From contig CM082576.2 in the NCBI GenBank assembly GCA_040954595.2, positions 16,291,028 through 16,355,027 on the forward strand: a stretch of 64,000 bases of DNA, in the 5' to 3' direction. Shown here one piece after another: positions 52,286 through 64,000 of this stretch (position 1 is the stretch's first letter; each line of letters begins with the position of its first letter). A program made the translations under genes and the position numbers. Below the pieces are notes generated by a model, which did not search any database, was not told the origin of the DNA, and saw only the letters and a program-made list of their open reading frames with translations. Origin of the DNA: Balanoglossus misakiensis (Eukaryota; Animalia; Hemichordata).

Positions 52286-54257
52286 ATATATACTGTTTTC
52301 ATTCCGAAGACTAACGACAGACACCGCTGAATATTAAAATCACTGTCTATTGAAATGAGCTGTATATATGATACCAATGGGCCTAATCTTTACGATAGTT
52401 ACGCATCATACCCTTGCCTTGAGTAGGATGTTGTATGTGTAACGCTCTTTAGGAAAATAATAATCACAGTCGCGTGAGAGTTTGTTACACGTCGAACTGT
52501 TCCTATTCTTCTGAGTCATAGGGGCAATTCGCCGTGTAATAAAAATGCTCTTTAGATACGACTTTATTTACCCGAAATACCAAAGTTTATGCAACAATCA
52601 CTCCCACTTTTGATCCACGTGTGACCCCCTAGATAGGTTAGAATTATCCTGCGCTACAATCTCTGTACGGCAGCGCGTTTGACGTGAGCAGGGCCAGGGG
52701 AACGAACGCGCTACTTGACAACATGTCATTCCATTCGTGCGACGCGCACGCAGCCGTGCGCACGATGCATGCAATGTGATGTTTGGCCGAAGCACAGCGA
52801 CTGCGGCCGAAGCTTGTGTATCGCTGTTTGTATAAAGTTTACTGGCATACAGTACCTCTTCTACGACTTTTTTTGTAAAATTAGAATTCATTGGTTATTT
52901 TGCATAATTTTTAACCAATGCCGTACATGGCCAAGACGATTACGGCCTGTATTAAATCGCTAACTTTTCCCGAGTTGCTTAGCATCGCACTGTATGCATC
53001 ACACGACAAATATTACAGAAAACAAAAGCCTCTCACGACTCTTACCCGAGGGAGGCGCTCTTCATATTTTATGTCCAGTAGTTCCAGTGAACACTGCCAA
53101 AACAAGTGCGTGAAGAGCGGGTTCTCAACCAGCCACTTTACAACAAAGAAAATGAAACGAAAGCAGAGAGTGTAGAGCCGCTGCTTGTGCTTTGTGATCG
53201 TGAGGAGTCGTCTATGGCAACAGTGACACAAATAGAACATCAGAACACTTCCTGTTTTCTGGCGACAAAAGCATGATGGGAACTTCATCGCGAGAACTTT
53301 CGCGCGTCCGTGAGCGGGTAACTTAGCAACAAGTATGGCGAACATTCCTTTCTTACGGCGTTGTGGCGACAGCCTTTAGGCGCGGCTTTCCGCGGACCCG
53401 AATTTTCCTTTCATTTGGCGAAGGAGGGATCTTTGCCTGTACAGATTATTCTAAACCTTTAAATCTTGTGAACAAGGGGTAAAACATTCCAATGATAAAA
53501 TGTACTTATTTTTAGTTGGAGTTTTTGACCTAAAATTTGCGTATAAAGTTTCCTTTTAGACTTGCTCTCGTCGTAGCCTCGTAGCATTGTCTGTGCGACA
53601 GTGCTGTAAAAAAAACAACAGTTAGACATGAATCTTACCGAGAGGCGGCGCTTTTCGGATGGCAATGTTAAGTACTTGAAGTGTGGTAGAACTACCAAAT
53701 GATGAAAACAGGATTTCAGCGAAAGTTTCTCGTCTTTTGTTACACTGAAGCGCGAAGGGTGGCGTCCATCCGGCGGCTGGCTTGTAGTGTTGCGGAGAGT
53801 CACGGTTGCCGACAGCAACAGAACAATCGAAACGCACAAGAACGTTTGTGACCCAAAGCATGATGGGTATTTTGCGGTACGGTCCGCGAAAGAACCAATC
53901 GTTCGCTCTTCAGTCACTAGTAGAGACTTGAAGCCTAAAGAGAGCCGAAGAAATGTAGGGTTTTTTAATTGTTGACCTAGACAGCATAGACGAGTGACGG
54001 TAGTGAGAATGGGCTTGCACATGCACGTGACACCAAACTGTAATGACAGCATGAACAGCGCCACCGACGGTGAGAAATGTACAGAAATGTTGTGCGTGTG
54101 TACATTGTATGTACTATGTATTGGTTGTGTATCACTCGTGTATAAAATTGAACAGTAAATGATTTCACATTTTTTCAAACGTTTACAAATATTTATAATT
54201 TTCTGAAAAATAGTACAAAATTGCCATGTACTGTTTATTAGTATTATGGTGTGTGTC

Positions 54258-54310
54258 ACGACGTCACTTCCGGTTTAACCCGCTCTTAGTCAGCAAAACA
54301 TGGTCGACCT
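54258..54310. promoter_or_regulatory. Candidate promoter with CRE-ETS composite motif
   Basis: ACGTCACTTCCGG (ATF/CRE half-site overlapping an ETS site) in a CpG-richer patch. Confidence 0.35.
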
Positions 54311-56292
54311 AGCAGTGTCACGCGCGTAGCTTTCTGTGCGCAATCGACTTATGTTCTCGTAGGTTATGTAAAGGAAACTCCGTTCGAACGAAAAACCAAT
54401 CGATTTTTTTAAGTTTATGTATGTTAGCATCGTTCTGTGAGGAAAGTACTATCGATTTTGTTCCGAGTTGCGACTTTTTGGTGTTCTTTCATTCCGTATG
54501 TCAGTTGGCATCATGGCGTACTGTTGCCAACGATCGTACTCGGGCGACGTAGTTTGAAGTTAGCAGGCACACTAAATAGCGAGCGCACAGCTTTGTTATG
54601 TGTATATTTTGAAAGACTAATATGTAATGTGTGTGAAATTGCATGGGAGCCCAAAGCGCCCCTTTAATTTTATCGATTTCACCGTATTTAGAAACTGTAC
54701 TATCTCATATGCGCCTAACACATCCCTATCCGATTATCTCGCTGTCATTCCACAACCTCTGAGTCAGGAAGACGTCGAAGACAGAAGCGATGGATTCACT
54801 CACTACTACTTACAGATGCGCCACAGCCATGGGAGCCACCTGGGAGGAAATCATCCAGGAAGCGACAATTACCCAGAATACTTACCTGGTCCGGATTACG
54901 ATTCGGACACCGGAAGCGCCGACAGGCAGTAAACATTGAAATTAACATCAGAAAAGAAAATCCTATTTTAATTAAGGCAAACGCTGGCATCAAAGCCAAT
55001 ACAATATTTTATTGTTTGAATTCATAGTATGCCAAGTTGAATGCAGAACTACCGGTAAATGTATAAAGGTGCATGATTAATTTGTGAGAGGATGTCAGTT
55101 GATGGAACCTAAAAGTTGCAAAACGTGATAAAGAGAGACCGTATTTAAAACACAGTTAACATGGATGGTGTTACGACCCCAAGTTAGCAAAACTATTAGG
55201 ACAGAAAAGCACACAATTTATGCAATAGCCGTAAAAATACAGAACTACGTGCTTTGTAAAGAGTTTGGCAAAATTAACGTGATAATGTTATTCTGAGAGT
55301 CTATTGTTGAAATGCAACGTAGCATTTCGATTACATTTGTATAATTGGTTTGCGAAAAATCCCCAATGACAATTCAATGTGACATGACACGTCATATTGT
55401 CGTGTAATGCATGATTGTAGGCGCACAGAGGTGAACCAAACTCCCTAGATAAATATTTTCACATCTAAATCCCTATTAGTAATCGATTTTAGTAGTATTT
55501 GCATAATATTCAATCGAAAATATTATTTTTAATTTGACGATTAGCTGACTACATGTATGCGGTTGTACAAGGCACCTTCGGCTTGGCACACATTTTTGCC
55601 ATTGAATGCAGTATTTTTTTAACTTTGCCGATTATATTTAGATATAGAAATTGTAAATCAATGTCTACACTTTGGCGATGACTCAACATACATGTACAGT
55701 GTGGTATTGACAGTAAAGTTTATTGGACGAATTTATATGAAGAAGTGTGTAAAAGAAAGATGTGCACATTCAGAGCTATAGGAGGCGCTATTTACCGACA
55801 CCATGCCCATCTCCTCACAACAAATGCAGCATTGAGTTGACAAAATTAATAAAGTGCAACCACAATTCCCTAAAAAAGATAGGGCAATTTTCTAAACAAC
55901 TCGAACTGTATGTTAAGCTTTAATAAATTGTTTGGTCGTATTTAGCGTTTGACGTTGAACATCACACTTTATTTATTGTCGCAAGATGGTGGGAATTACC
56001 CTAGCCAACTGTGACATGAGTTTAGAATTGCCAAAAATAGGAGTTTGAGAACCAGAGTATTGTACAGAAAAGAACTCACTCACTCACTCACACACAGTGA
56101 ATTATGCTTTAACTAGTCTGTAATTTACACCTAAAACACCGAAATACAGTATGCAGATTAAAACGTTTCTCTAACTACTTTATAATAACGCGGGTGATGA
56201 AATGTTTGCACACACAATTTCACGACATAAACAGTGTTCACAGTCCCCAAATTACTGTTAATCGGGTTTCTCGTCCGTCGACTTTTACCAAT

Positions 56293-57916
56293 TTACGCTC
56301 GGTTTACTTCACTACTTCTTAGGCCTATACATGTAGGTGTCGTCGGTTGCGAGGTGCGATCGAGTCGCTTGTGAAGCGATAGCGACAGGACGGCAAACCA
56401 CGCTACTGACAATAGCAGGAGTCCGGCGAATGCACCGAATAGTTTAGCCCTGTAGTCTGGCAGATCGTAGAGCAGACAGTTCCCTTGTTCATCGCACGCC
56501 GTCCGTCCCCATAACATACACGCCGAGTCGATGAGGGCGCCGGTGTATATTGGCGCTGGCATAGTGGCTGGAAGGTAAGAACATTGTTGTATATCTTAGG
56601 CTAGGTTTACAATCATGTCTTCATTATAACCCTGCCAAGTTAGGCGACATACATGTATTATTTAGTAATATGTTGGGAACACAAGCTGAGCAAATCTGTG
56701 CAGTGCTGTAGGAATGCGCATTATTCGGCATATATTTGTTGTTACATAGACACATGCCATCTTGTTATGAAAGGTTGATTAGTTACAAAACGACAACAAT
56801 TTTGCGGAATTCAGAGTAAATAATATTGTTTAGACCAAAACATCAGAATAGGCAGTCGATGGCAATACGTACCTAGTAACTGTGTTGTAATGACGCGTAT
56901 ACAAAGTGCATACGCTTTATCCTTCGGCAACACACATCTGTAAATATAACATTTTGATGTATTTCGCGTGGTATTTATGCTGGGATAATGTTTTGAATGT
57001 TGCTTATAACATGCATTTTTGAAAATAATTATTTGTCCTTTACAGGTAGTAAGGTGTGTCAATGTGTCAAACCAACAACCTCAACAATGGAAATGGAACG
57101 TTTTTGCATGCCTTACACAATACTTGATGATATTGTCAAGGGCTTACCTCATTGTCAAGGCAACTTCTACATTAGCAATTGCTGATAGAAAGAATCCAAA
57201 GACAGCGACCAAGACACCAAACACCACTAATTGATTGGTGCACGTCTGTCCACACATTCCTTGATGTGCATAGTCTACGGCAGTGTCATTTATTGTTGCG
57301 ATACATCCACAATCTGTGAAGTTCTATGTGAAAATCGTGTATAAAACGAGGACATTTTGAATGGAATACATCCGATACGCATTAGGCCTATATTATAGGA
57401 AATAAGCGGTGACCCAAATATAGTAAACCATGTCTTTACATGTACGGCATGATGAAGAATTTCACTTGTGAAAAACAGACAACTTCAGCGTTCACTGGTG
57501 AAACTACATGTATAAACTCCATCGCCATCACATGAATATTTACTCTGGGTAACAACGAAATTTGTCAACCCGCCACCCAGAACAGTCTACCATCAATAAA
57601 ATAAATGAACTCGTGTCCTCATAAAGACACAAAAGCAATTCAAGGCACACTGTTATGCAACAATTTATAATTTATGTACACTCCCCTACAGAACCCATTT
57701 CCCTCTCTGTGAAAATGAATATATAAGGACTAATGTATTATAAAGTAGATTACTTGACCATCTTGGCGAGTCTTGCACCCAGCATGGCAAGCTGAATAGT
57801 ATGTGATGTCGTTAGAGCCGCAAACTGGCGCATAGGCGTCCGAGCAGCCACATTCAGAATTGCAAGCAGACTTCACATCCCCGAATCTTCGTACTTGCGG
57901 TATCTTAACTGTGCTG
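56293..57916 (-). CDS. Organic anion transporting polypeptide (OATP/SLCO family), last four exons only
   Basis: Exons 57754-57916 (Kazal CNSECGCSDAYAPVCGSNDITYYSACHAGC), 57148-57323 (NFTDCGCI...GMCGQTC plus TM), 56873-56937 (RCVLPKDKAYAL), 56293-56567 (PAPIYTGALIDSACMLWG..C...GNCLLYD). Confidence 0.9.
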
Positions 57917-58242
57917 CTATAGAAAGAAGAACGTTTTTGTTGTAGATTAAATTCGAGACACAATTTACGTTATACTTTATAGAGTATCAGTCAGACTTCT
58001 TAGCTAGGTTAAATTTATCAAGGCTAGTCTTTGCATAGAAAATGATGTAATGGACGTTATAGACATGTCGCTGGTATAAATGTCGAGCGATAAATTCATG
58101 TTGGGCATCCAAGTGTCGCTAAGTAACTGGGGGTGGGCAGTGTTCTAGAAATTGTATAGAATCGACAACTGCAGACTTTCTTGTAGCCTTAGCTATCTAA
58201 ATCATCGTATGACGCTGTAGTGTTGCGACGGGCCAATCTTAC

Positions 58243-59865
58243 CTCTAATAACGCCGCTGTTTGACCCACTGCCTTGGCAATTCAAAACACGACCCGCATA
58301 CAACGTAACACCAGGAGCAACGCCAACAGTACTTCCGCCGACAGTGCCAGCGCAGTGGGTACCGTGTCCGTGACAGTCATTCCCCTGCAAAGTGCACATG
58401 TCATAGACTATTGTAAATAATGCTATATTTCTGGAGAAAAAAAAACAATATTTTTAAAGTGATGAAATTTGCTTCAGGTATTCATCTTTACAAATGAAGA
58501 GATTCTGAGCCAAATTTGACAAAACTCACTAGAGGTGTCCTTTTCACGTGCATGCATTGCGTCTTGTCCATCTGAGAATGCGTCGTAAAATCGATGTGCT
58601 CTTCCTCCAAACTCGTTGTGAGTGAAACGTATGCCAGTATCCAAAACAAAAACATTCACTCCGCTACCGTCCCCTGCAAACGGCAGAAGCCGAGAAAGGG
58701 GGCTGAAGGTTAGGTATATTCAACCCTGTTTAATTATTCTATTGACCAAATTTAATGAGGGTAACCTGGTAAACTCTTAGTAGGGTTAATCATCACCCAG
58801 GCCCTTATATTAGCCACATTTACTTTTCTTCCAATCACCATACACATGAACATGCAAATTAAATTACACACATGAAGCAATGCGAAGTAAAAGACTATTC
58901 TTAAGGTCACAGCATTAGCATCATGTCAAACCATGACGTCACCATCCTCGGGTAAGAATTCTACGGCCATGTCCCGGTTTCGAATCCACAATCGCCACAG
59001 TTATGAAAAAAAATTAAAAGCGAAAAAATCTGAGCCTTACCAAGTGGTGATTGATAAACATTATCCAAAGGCAGGTCGGCTTGATCGATCCTGTCCAGAC
59101 CCCACTCTACATTTCCATGAACAACTTCGTCTTCTTCAACAAACTCTACTTCATCCAACCAACGGAGCTAAACAAAAATCAATTGATACGATCAATGCAA
59201 AGTTTTCGTCATTTGCTATGATGTCATACAAATACTTTTCCCGTGGTTTTCGGAGTTTTGCTGCATCAATCCATCCATCCATCCATCCAAACCAATAACA
59301 TAATGTGTTAACACTTACAATGTGAAGTGCTGCAGCAGGAACTCTGGCCACGAAACCTTTCATCAAACTTGTTATATCGATTTGGAAATCAATATGTAAT
59401 CCTCTCTCTTCACTGAGTGCTTGGAATTTTTCTTCAAATTCTTCAAGCTGTTCATCAGTAAGACCATCCTTAATGATAAAGAAAACAGATTAAAATGTTA
59501 TATACGTGAAGGTCGGCAAAATACTAGGAAGCTAGAAATACGCTCTCGTAGTGTGTACATGCATAATGCACGCTTTTTAATGATTCTGCGTGGCGTGTAG
59601 ATATTTTTAAACACAACTAAAAGCCACTTACTTTGAGTTTTACAATATACTCGTCATCTATCTTCTCCTTCCCGGCATGAAGAAGCGGAGCTTGTGTTGT
59701 ACGTTTGACGAAACTGGGGCGAAATTCTCGGGCTTTGAGGTCGGCAAGGGTCTTCAGCTCGGCCAGGGTCTTCTTAATCTTGGATTTTCCAGAAAAAGCA
59801 CTCGTCTGCATCAGTATTACTGCAAATATGCAGATCCAAATCGCAATGTGTCGCGATGAAACCAT
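58243..59865 (-). pseudogene. Proteinase K-like subtilase (S8 with I9 propeptide), 3'-truncated copy
   Basis: Exons approx. 59632-59865, 59320-59469, 59041-59167, 58561-58673, 58243-58384. Has the catalytic Asp (LDTG) and His (HGTHCAG) but no exon for the oxyanion Asn or catalytic Ser before the OATP exons; exon 4 donor reads GCAATG. Confidence 0.7.
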
Positions 59866-62100
59866 GGTTGCTCAGAAATGATTCACCTGGAATAAATTGA
59901 CAAGAAAATGTTAGTGATCACGGCATAGGTATCTTATACCCCACAAGTTCTTGATGGTCATTCATATTTAGGCAGAGTGCGATTGCCAACATGTAAATGT
60001 ACAGCATTACATGTCGATTGTCGATTTTCCAGTTGATATTAAGACGGCATCCAAATAATCACGACTTGGAAAACGATTACTGATCACGCCGCCTCGATAA
60101 CCAGAAGCCATGATATGGGCACTTTTCCATCTCCGGTTTTCAAATCAATCATGTTCGAGAAAAGTTTTCCGTAAGTAACACAACTTCTAAAGCAATGTTG
60201 TTGTCAGAGTCGTGCTGAATTTCGCAACGGGCGCGGTAAACGTTGTTGGAATAGCAATGAAGTGGAATCGTGTTAACGTAAAATTAAATTCATGCGACAA
60301 CACTGGTGATTCACGTTACATGCAAAACATCGGTGGGACAAGAAGATGCGAATCGAGCATTTGAACCTTTGCTATACTCACCCAGTACTGGTCTCGCGTG
60401 CTGTCGTTTCGGCCGGCAAAACTTTCTGATTCTTCCTTACTCCGAGAATCGCTATTTATCCATCTTGCCCAGCTTTGTTTCACGGTGTCAATTATGTCAG
60501 AAAAAAATTAGCATGGGTCGCAACGGGCGATACCATCAACACCTGTGGACCCCAATTGTTTTGAAACAGGTGTAAATACACCAATAACGCAACACCGGGT
60601 AGTAAACATTTTTGAATAATTTTCATACAAATGCAAATCAACAAACAATGCGAAGTGCGATCGATAATTGGGAGTCACAAAGGCAAGTAGAAAAAAATCG
60701 ATAAATGTCATTCAAACAGGCAAGTCAAAAATTAAACCACAGATGTCCATTTTATTTTTAACTGTCAAAGAAGGTAAACAAATTAACATGCAGCTGGACC
60801 CAAATTGTGTGAACATGTGAAAGAGGGGTTTTGTGTCAGATCCATTTACACACTGACGCAGGTGTTGATAGTATCGCCCATTGCGACCCATGCTAATCAT
60901 TTCTGACATAATTGACACCGTGAAACAAAGCTGGGCAAGATGGATAAATAGCGATTCTCGGAGTAAGGAAGAATCAGAAAGTTTTGCCGGCCGAAACGAC
61001 AGCACGCGAGACCAGTACTGGGTGAGTATAGCAAAGGTTCAAATGCTCGATTCGCATCTTCTTGTCCCACCGATGTTTTGCGTGTAACGTGAATCACCAG
61101 TGTTGTCTCATGAATTTAATTTTTACGTTAACACGATTCCACTTCATTGGGATTCCAACAGCGTCTACCGCGTCCGTTGCGAAATTCGGCACGACTCTGA
61201 CAACAACATTGCTTTAGAAGTTGTGCTACTTACAGAAAACTTTTCTCGAACATGATTGATTTTGAAAACCTGAGATGGAAAAGTGCCCATATCATGGCTT
61301 CTGGTTATCGAGGCGGCGTGATCAGTAATCGTTTTCCAAGTCGTGATTACTTGGATGCCGTCTTCATATCAACTGGAAAATCGACAATCGACATGTAATG
61401 CTGTACATTTACATGTTGGCAATCGCACTCTGCATAAATGGAGTATAAGATCCCTTTGCCGTGATCACTAACATTTTCTTGTCAATCTATTCCAGGTGAA
61501 TCATTTCTGAGCAACCATGGTTTCATCGCGACACATTGCGATTTGGATCTGCATATTTGCAGTAATACTGATGCAGACCAGTGCTTTTTCTGGAAAATCC
61601 AAGATAAAGAAGACCCTGGCCGAGCTGAAGACCCTGGCCAACCTGAAAGCCCGAGAATTTCGCCCCAGTTTCGTCAAACGTACAACACAAGCTCCGCTTC
61701 TTCATGCCGGGAAGGAGAAGATAGACGACGAGTATATTGTAAAACTCAAAGTAAGTGTCTTTTGTTATGTTTAAAAATATCTACACGCCACGTCGAGTCA
61801 TTAAAACGTGTGCATTACGTACACACCACGAGAGCGTATTTCTAGCTTCCTAGTATTTTGCCGATCCTCTCCTATATACTTATTTTAATCTGATTTCTTT
61901 TTCATTAAGGATGGTCTTACTGATGAACAGCTTGAAGAATTTGAAGAAAAATTCCAAGCACTCAGTGAAGAGAGAGGATTACACGTAGATTTCCAAATCA
62001 ATATAACAAGTTTGATGAAAGGTTTCGTGGCCAGAGTTCCTGCTGCAGCACTTCATATTGTAAGTGTTAACACAATCTGATATTGGTTTGGATGGATGGA
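59277..62100. repeat. Large inverted repeat: arms ~59277-60545 and 60859-62100, ~310 bp spacer
   Basis: Reverse-complement near-identity across the promoter, 5' UTR intron and first two coding exons. Confidence 0.95.
60943..61028 (+). promoter_or_regulatory. Candidate TATA-like box and non-coding first exon of the plus-strand subtilase (mirrored at ~60376-60460)
   Basis: GATAAATA at ~60943, donor G|GTGAGT at ~61023, acceptor TTCCAG|G at ~61495 just before the ATG. Confidence 0.45.
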
Positions 62101-63750
62101 TCTATGTATGTATCTATGAGTTTGATTTAATGTCATATTGTAAGGAATTATACGGGATTAGACGCCAAGTAATCTGACGTCGGTTACTGAATAGCATGTT
62201 ATGAAACATATTTCTGCCTTAATTGTGACCAGTAAAGTGTTATTATTATCAATATTCTCTCTTCTCATAGCTGCGCTGGATGGACGAGGTAGAATTTGTT
62301 GAAGAAGACGAAGTTGTCCATAAAAATGCAGATGACACACCCTGGGGTTTGGACAGGATTGACCAAACTGACCTACCCTTGGATGGCGTGTATCGTTCAA
62401 TCGTTGGTAAGTTAACATATTTTTTTTTTCAAAACTATTTACATAGTTTTTGAAAGGTCACGATAGGCTTTTGAATGGGTCAGTTTTATACCGATCGCAA
62501 GGACACGGTAGAGAATTCTATATTATTGCAACTACTTTAGACAGTTGTCGAAGAATAAAATACCCACCTTTTAATGTTAATCGACCCGCACAATTTGTGG
62601 CTGTTGAATTTCCTCTCTATATTTACTGCTAACTTCCTGAATTGATTGTCTTGTATTTAGGCGATGGCAGTGGCGTCAACGTCTTCGTATTGGACACTGG
62701 CATCCATTTCACACACGATGAGTTTGGTGGAAGAGCACGTACATTTTACGATGCATTCTCAGATGGCAAAAATGTAAGTAACCTAATGATAATTTGCCGA
62801 GCTTCGTACTGAAAAATAACATGCAACTTTTAACGAAAATATTCATTTCTGTCAGTCGATTGCAGTCCTTTCACAATGTTCATGATATTTTTGTCTACAC
62901 ACACTATTATTTATTTCTATACCCAAAACTCGCAATCAAATAAATTACTTCTGTTACTTGGATTGGAGATTATAGTCAGATCCGACGCGACCATAAAGCC
63001 TAACTTCACCGCCATGCGTTTGTGTATGGACAAATCGGCACGTATCATGCGACATATTCCAGAAAGGAAAAAAATAAGAATGTCACTTTCTTTTCTTACT
63101 GTAATCTTACACAGAAAAGCGGTCTTCGATATAAATTTTGCACTTCGCATTCAAGTTGATATCATAAAGTCTTGCATTATCATTTTCCCCATGCATGATC
63201 ATTAACATTTCACAGGGAGCTGACTGTGAGGGACATGGCACTCACTGCGCTGGAACCATTGGTGGAAGAACTGTTGGTGTTGCACCTGGTGTAACTTTAT
63301 ACTCGTGTCGTGTTCTGGATTGTAGGGGTGATGGGTCATTCAGTGGCATTGTGGCAGGTAAGCTCGGTTGGTGACGGCATCTTATTAAAAGCCCCGGGAA
63401 CAGCTTGTTAAAGTCCCAGCTCCGACCATCTGCAGCGTTCCCGCGCTGTTTTTTCGTGTTGTATACACATTTTCATTTCGCATTCGACAGACTGTGTATT
63501 AAAACTGAAATTACTGCTTATTTTCGGTTGGTCCTAACTTTAATCTTACTTGTATATTCACACAGCTATGGATGCAGTGGCTGGCGCCAACATGAAACCA
63601 GCGGTGGTTTCCATGTCTTTGAGTGGTGGCTTTTCCTCAACTTTGAACTATGCGGTCCAGCGCTTATCTGGTGCCGGCTACATCATCGTTGTTGCCGCTG
63701 GAAACAATGCCCGGGATGCGTGTAATTTTTCTCCCGCGTCTGCTCCTGAG
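61517..63750 (+). CDS. Secreted proteinase K/aqualysin-like subtilase (S8A) with I9 propeptide; continues beyond window
   Basis: Exons 61517-61750, 61910-62059, 62271-62406, 62661-62773, 63216-63357, 63566-63750 in compatible phases; [46 protein letters not shown]. Confidence 0.93.
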
Positions 63751-64000
63751 GTATGCAGGATTCTATTTTTGCACGACAGTGTTTGGTCAACATTTTTTCT
63801 ACGATCTGTTAAGAGGGAAATGGGGCTACAATGATCAAGGCAGTATGCCCCTAGGGAAATATTTAGAGAAGAAACTAGACAGAATAATTACCGAGCAAAA
63901 CAGGGGAAACGTTTCAAACGTTGATTTTGGAGGCGCATGCTACTTTAAATGGTTTCTTACAAAGAAACTCTGGTGTTGTAGAAACTTATTTGATATTACA

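Larger units (their letters stand above)
47617..53776. repeat. Recent 2.4 kb direct duplication (47617-50035 = 51355-53776)
   Basis: Near-identical blocks offset by ~3740 bp, ending at GGCGTCCATCCGGCGG. Confidence 0.95.

Noticed and set aside
44937-53345. Duplicated ORFs (MQCWHRTQ..., MKGERT..., MNSNFTKK..., MFAILVAK...)
   Set aside because: No recognisable domains, frames are not conserved between variants, and recurrence is explained by DNA duplication.
53459-54259. 266 aa ORF, longest in the window
   Set aside because: No domain similarity, non-ATG start, and it spans a duplication breakpoint.
54627-54932. Acidic/His-rich ORF that looks exon-like
   Set aside because: No clear acceptor, partner exons or homology; cannot be supported.

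Overview
Eukaryotic genomic DNA: AT-rich, with spliceosomal GT-AG introns. It looks like a marine invertebrate, but taxonomy cannot be fixed from the sequence. Most ORF-track entries are spurious; real genes were rebuilt from exons. Layout: 1-8.6 kb is a repeat field (Tigger-like MITEs, Helitron-like non-autonomous elements, an RTE LINE fragment). 8.6-18.3 kb is an array of eight 5S rRNA genes. 18.3-39 kb is a ~10 kb tandem duplication; each unit carries a minus-strand gene for signal peptide + 2 C-type lectin domains + GAIN/GPS that stops just after the GPS site, with no transmembrane part. 43.5-44.3 kb holds fibrinogen-domain exons. 45-52.3 kb holds seven copies (three variants) of a 210-280 nt element whose base-pairing is conserved by compensatory changes. 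It forms a three-way junction with a loop-E-like motif and a candidate pseudoknot, I cannot assign it to a known RNA family, and it is the best candidate for a new system. 56.3-57.9 kb is the 3' end of an OATP/SLCO transporter. 58.2-64 kb holds two head-to-head proteinase K-type subtilases on a ~1.25 kb-arm palindrome. Exon limits and foldings were worked out by eye and need computational confirmation.
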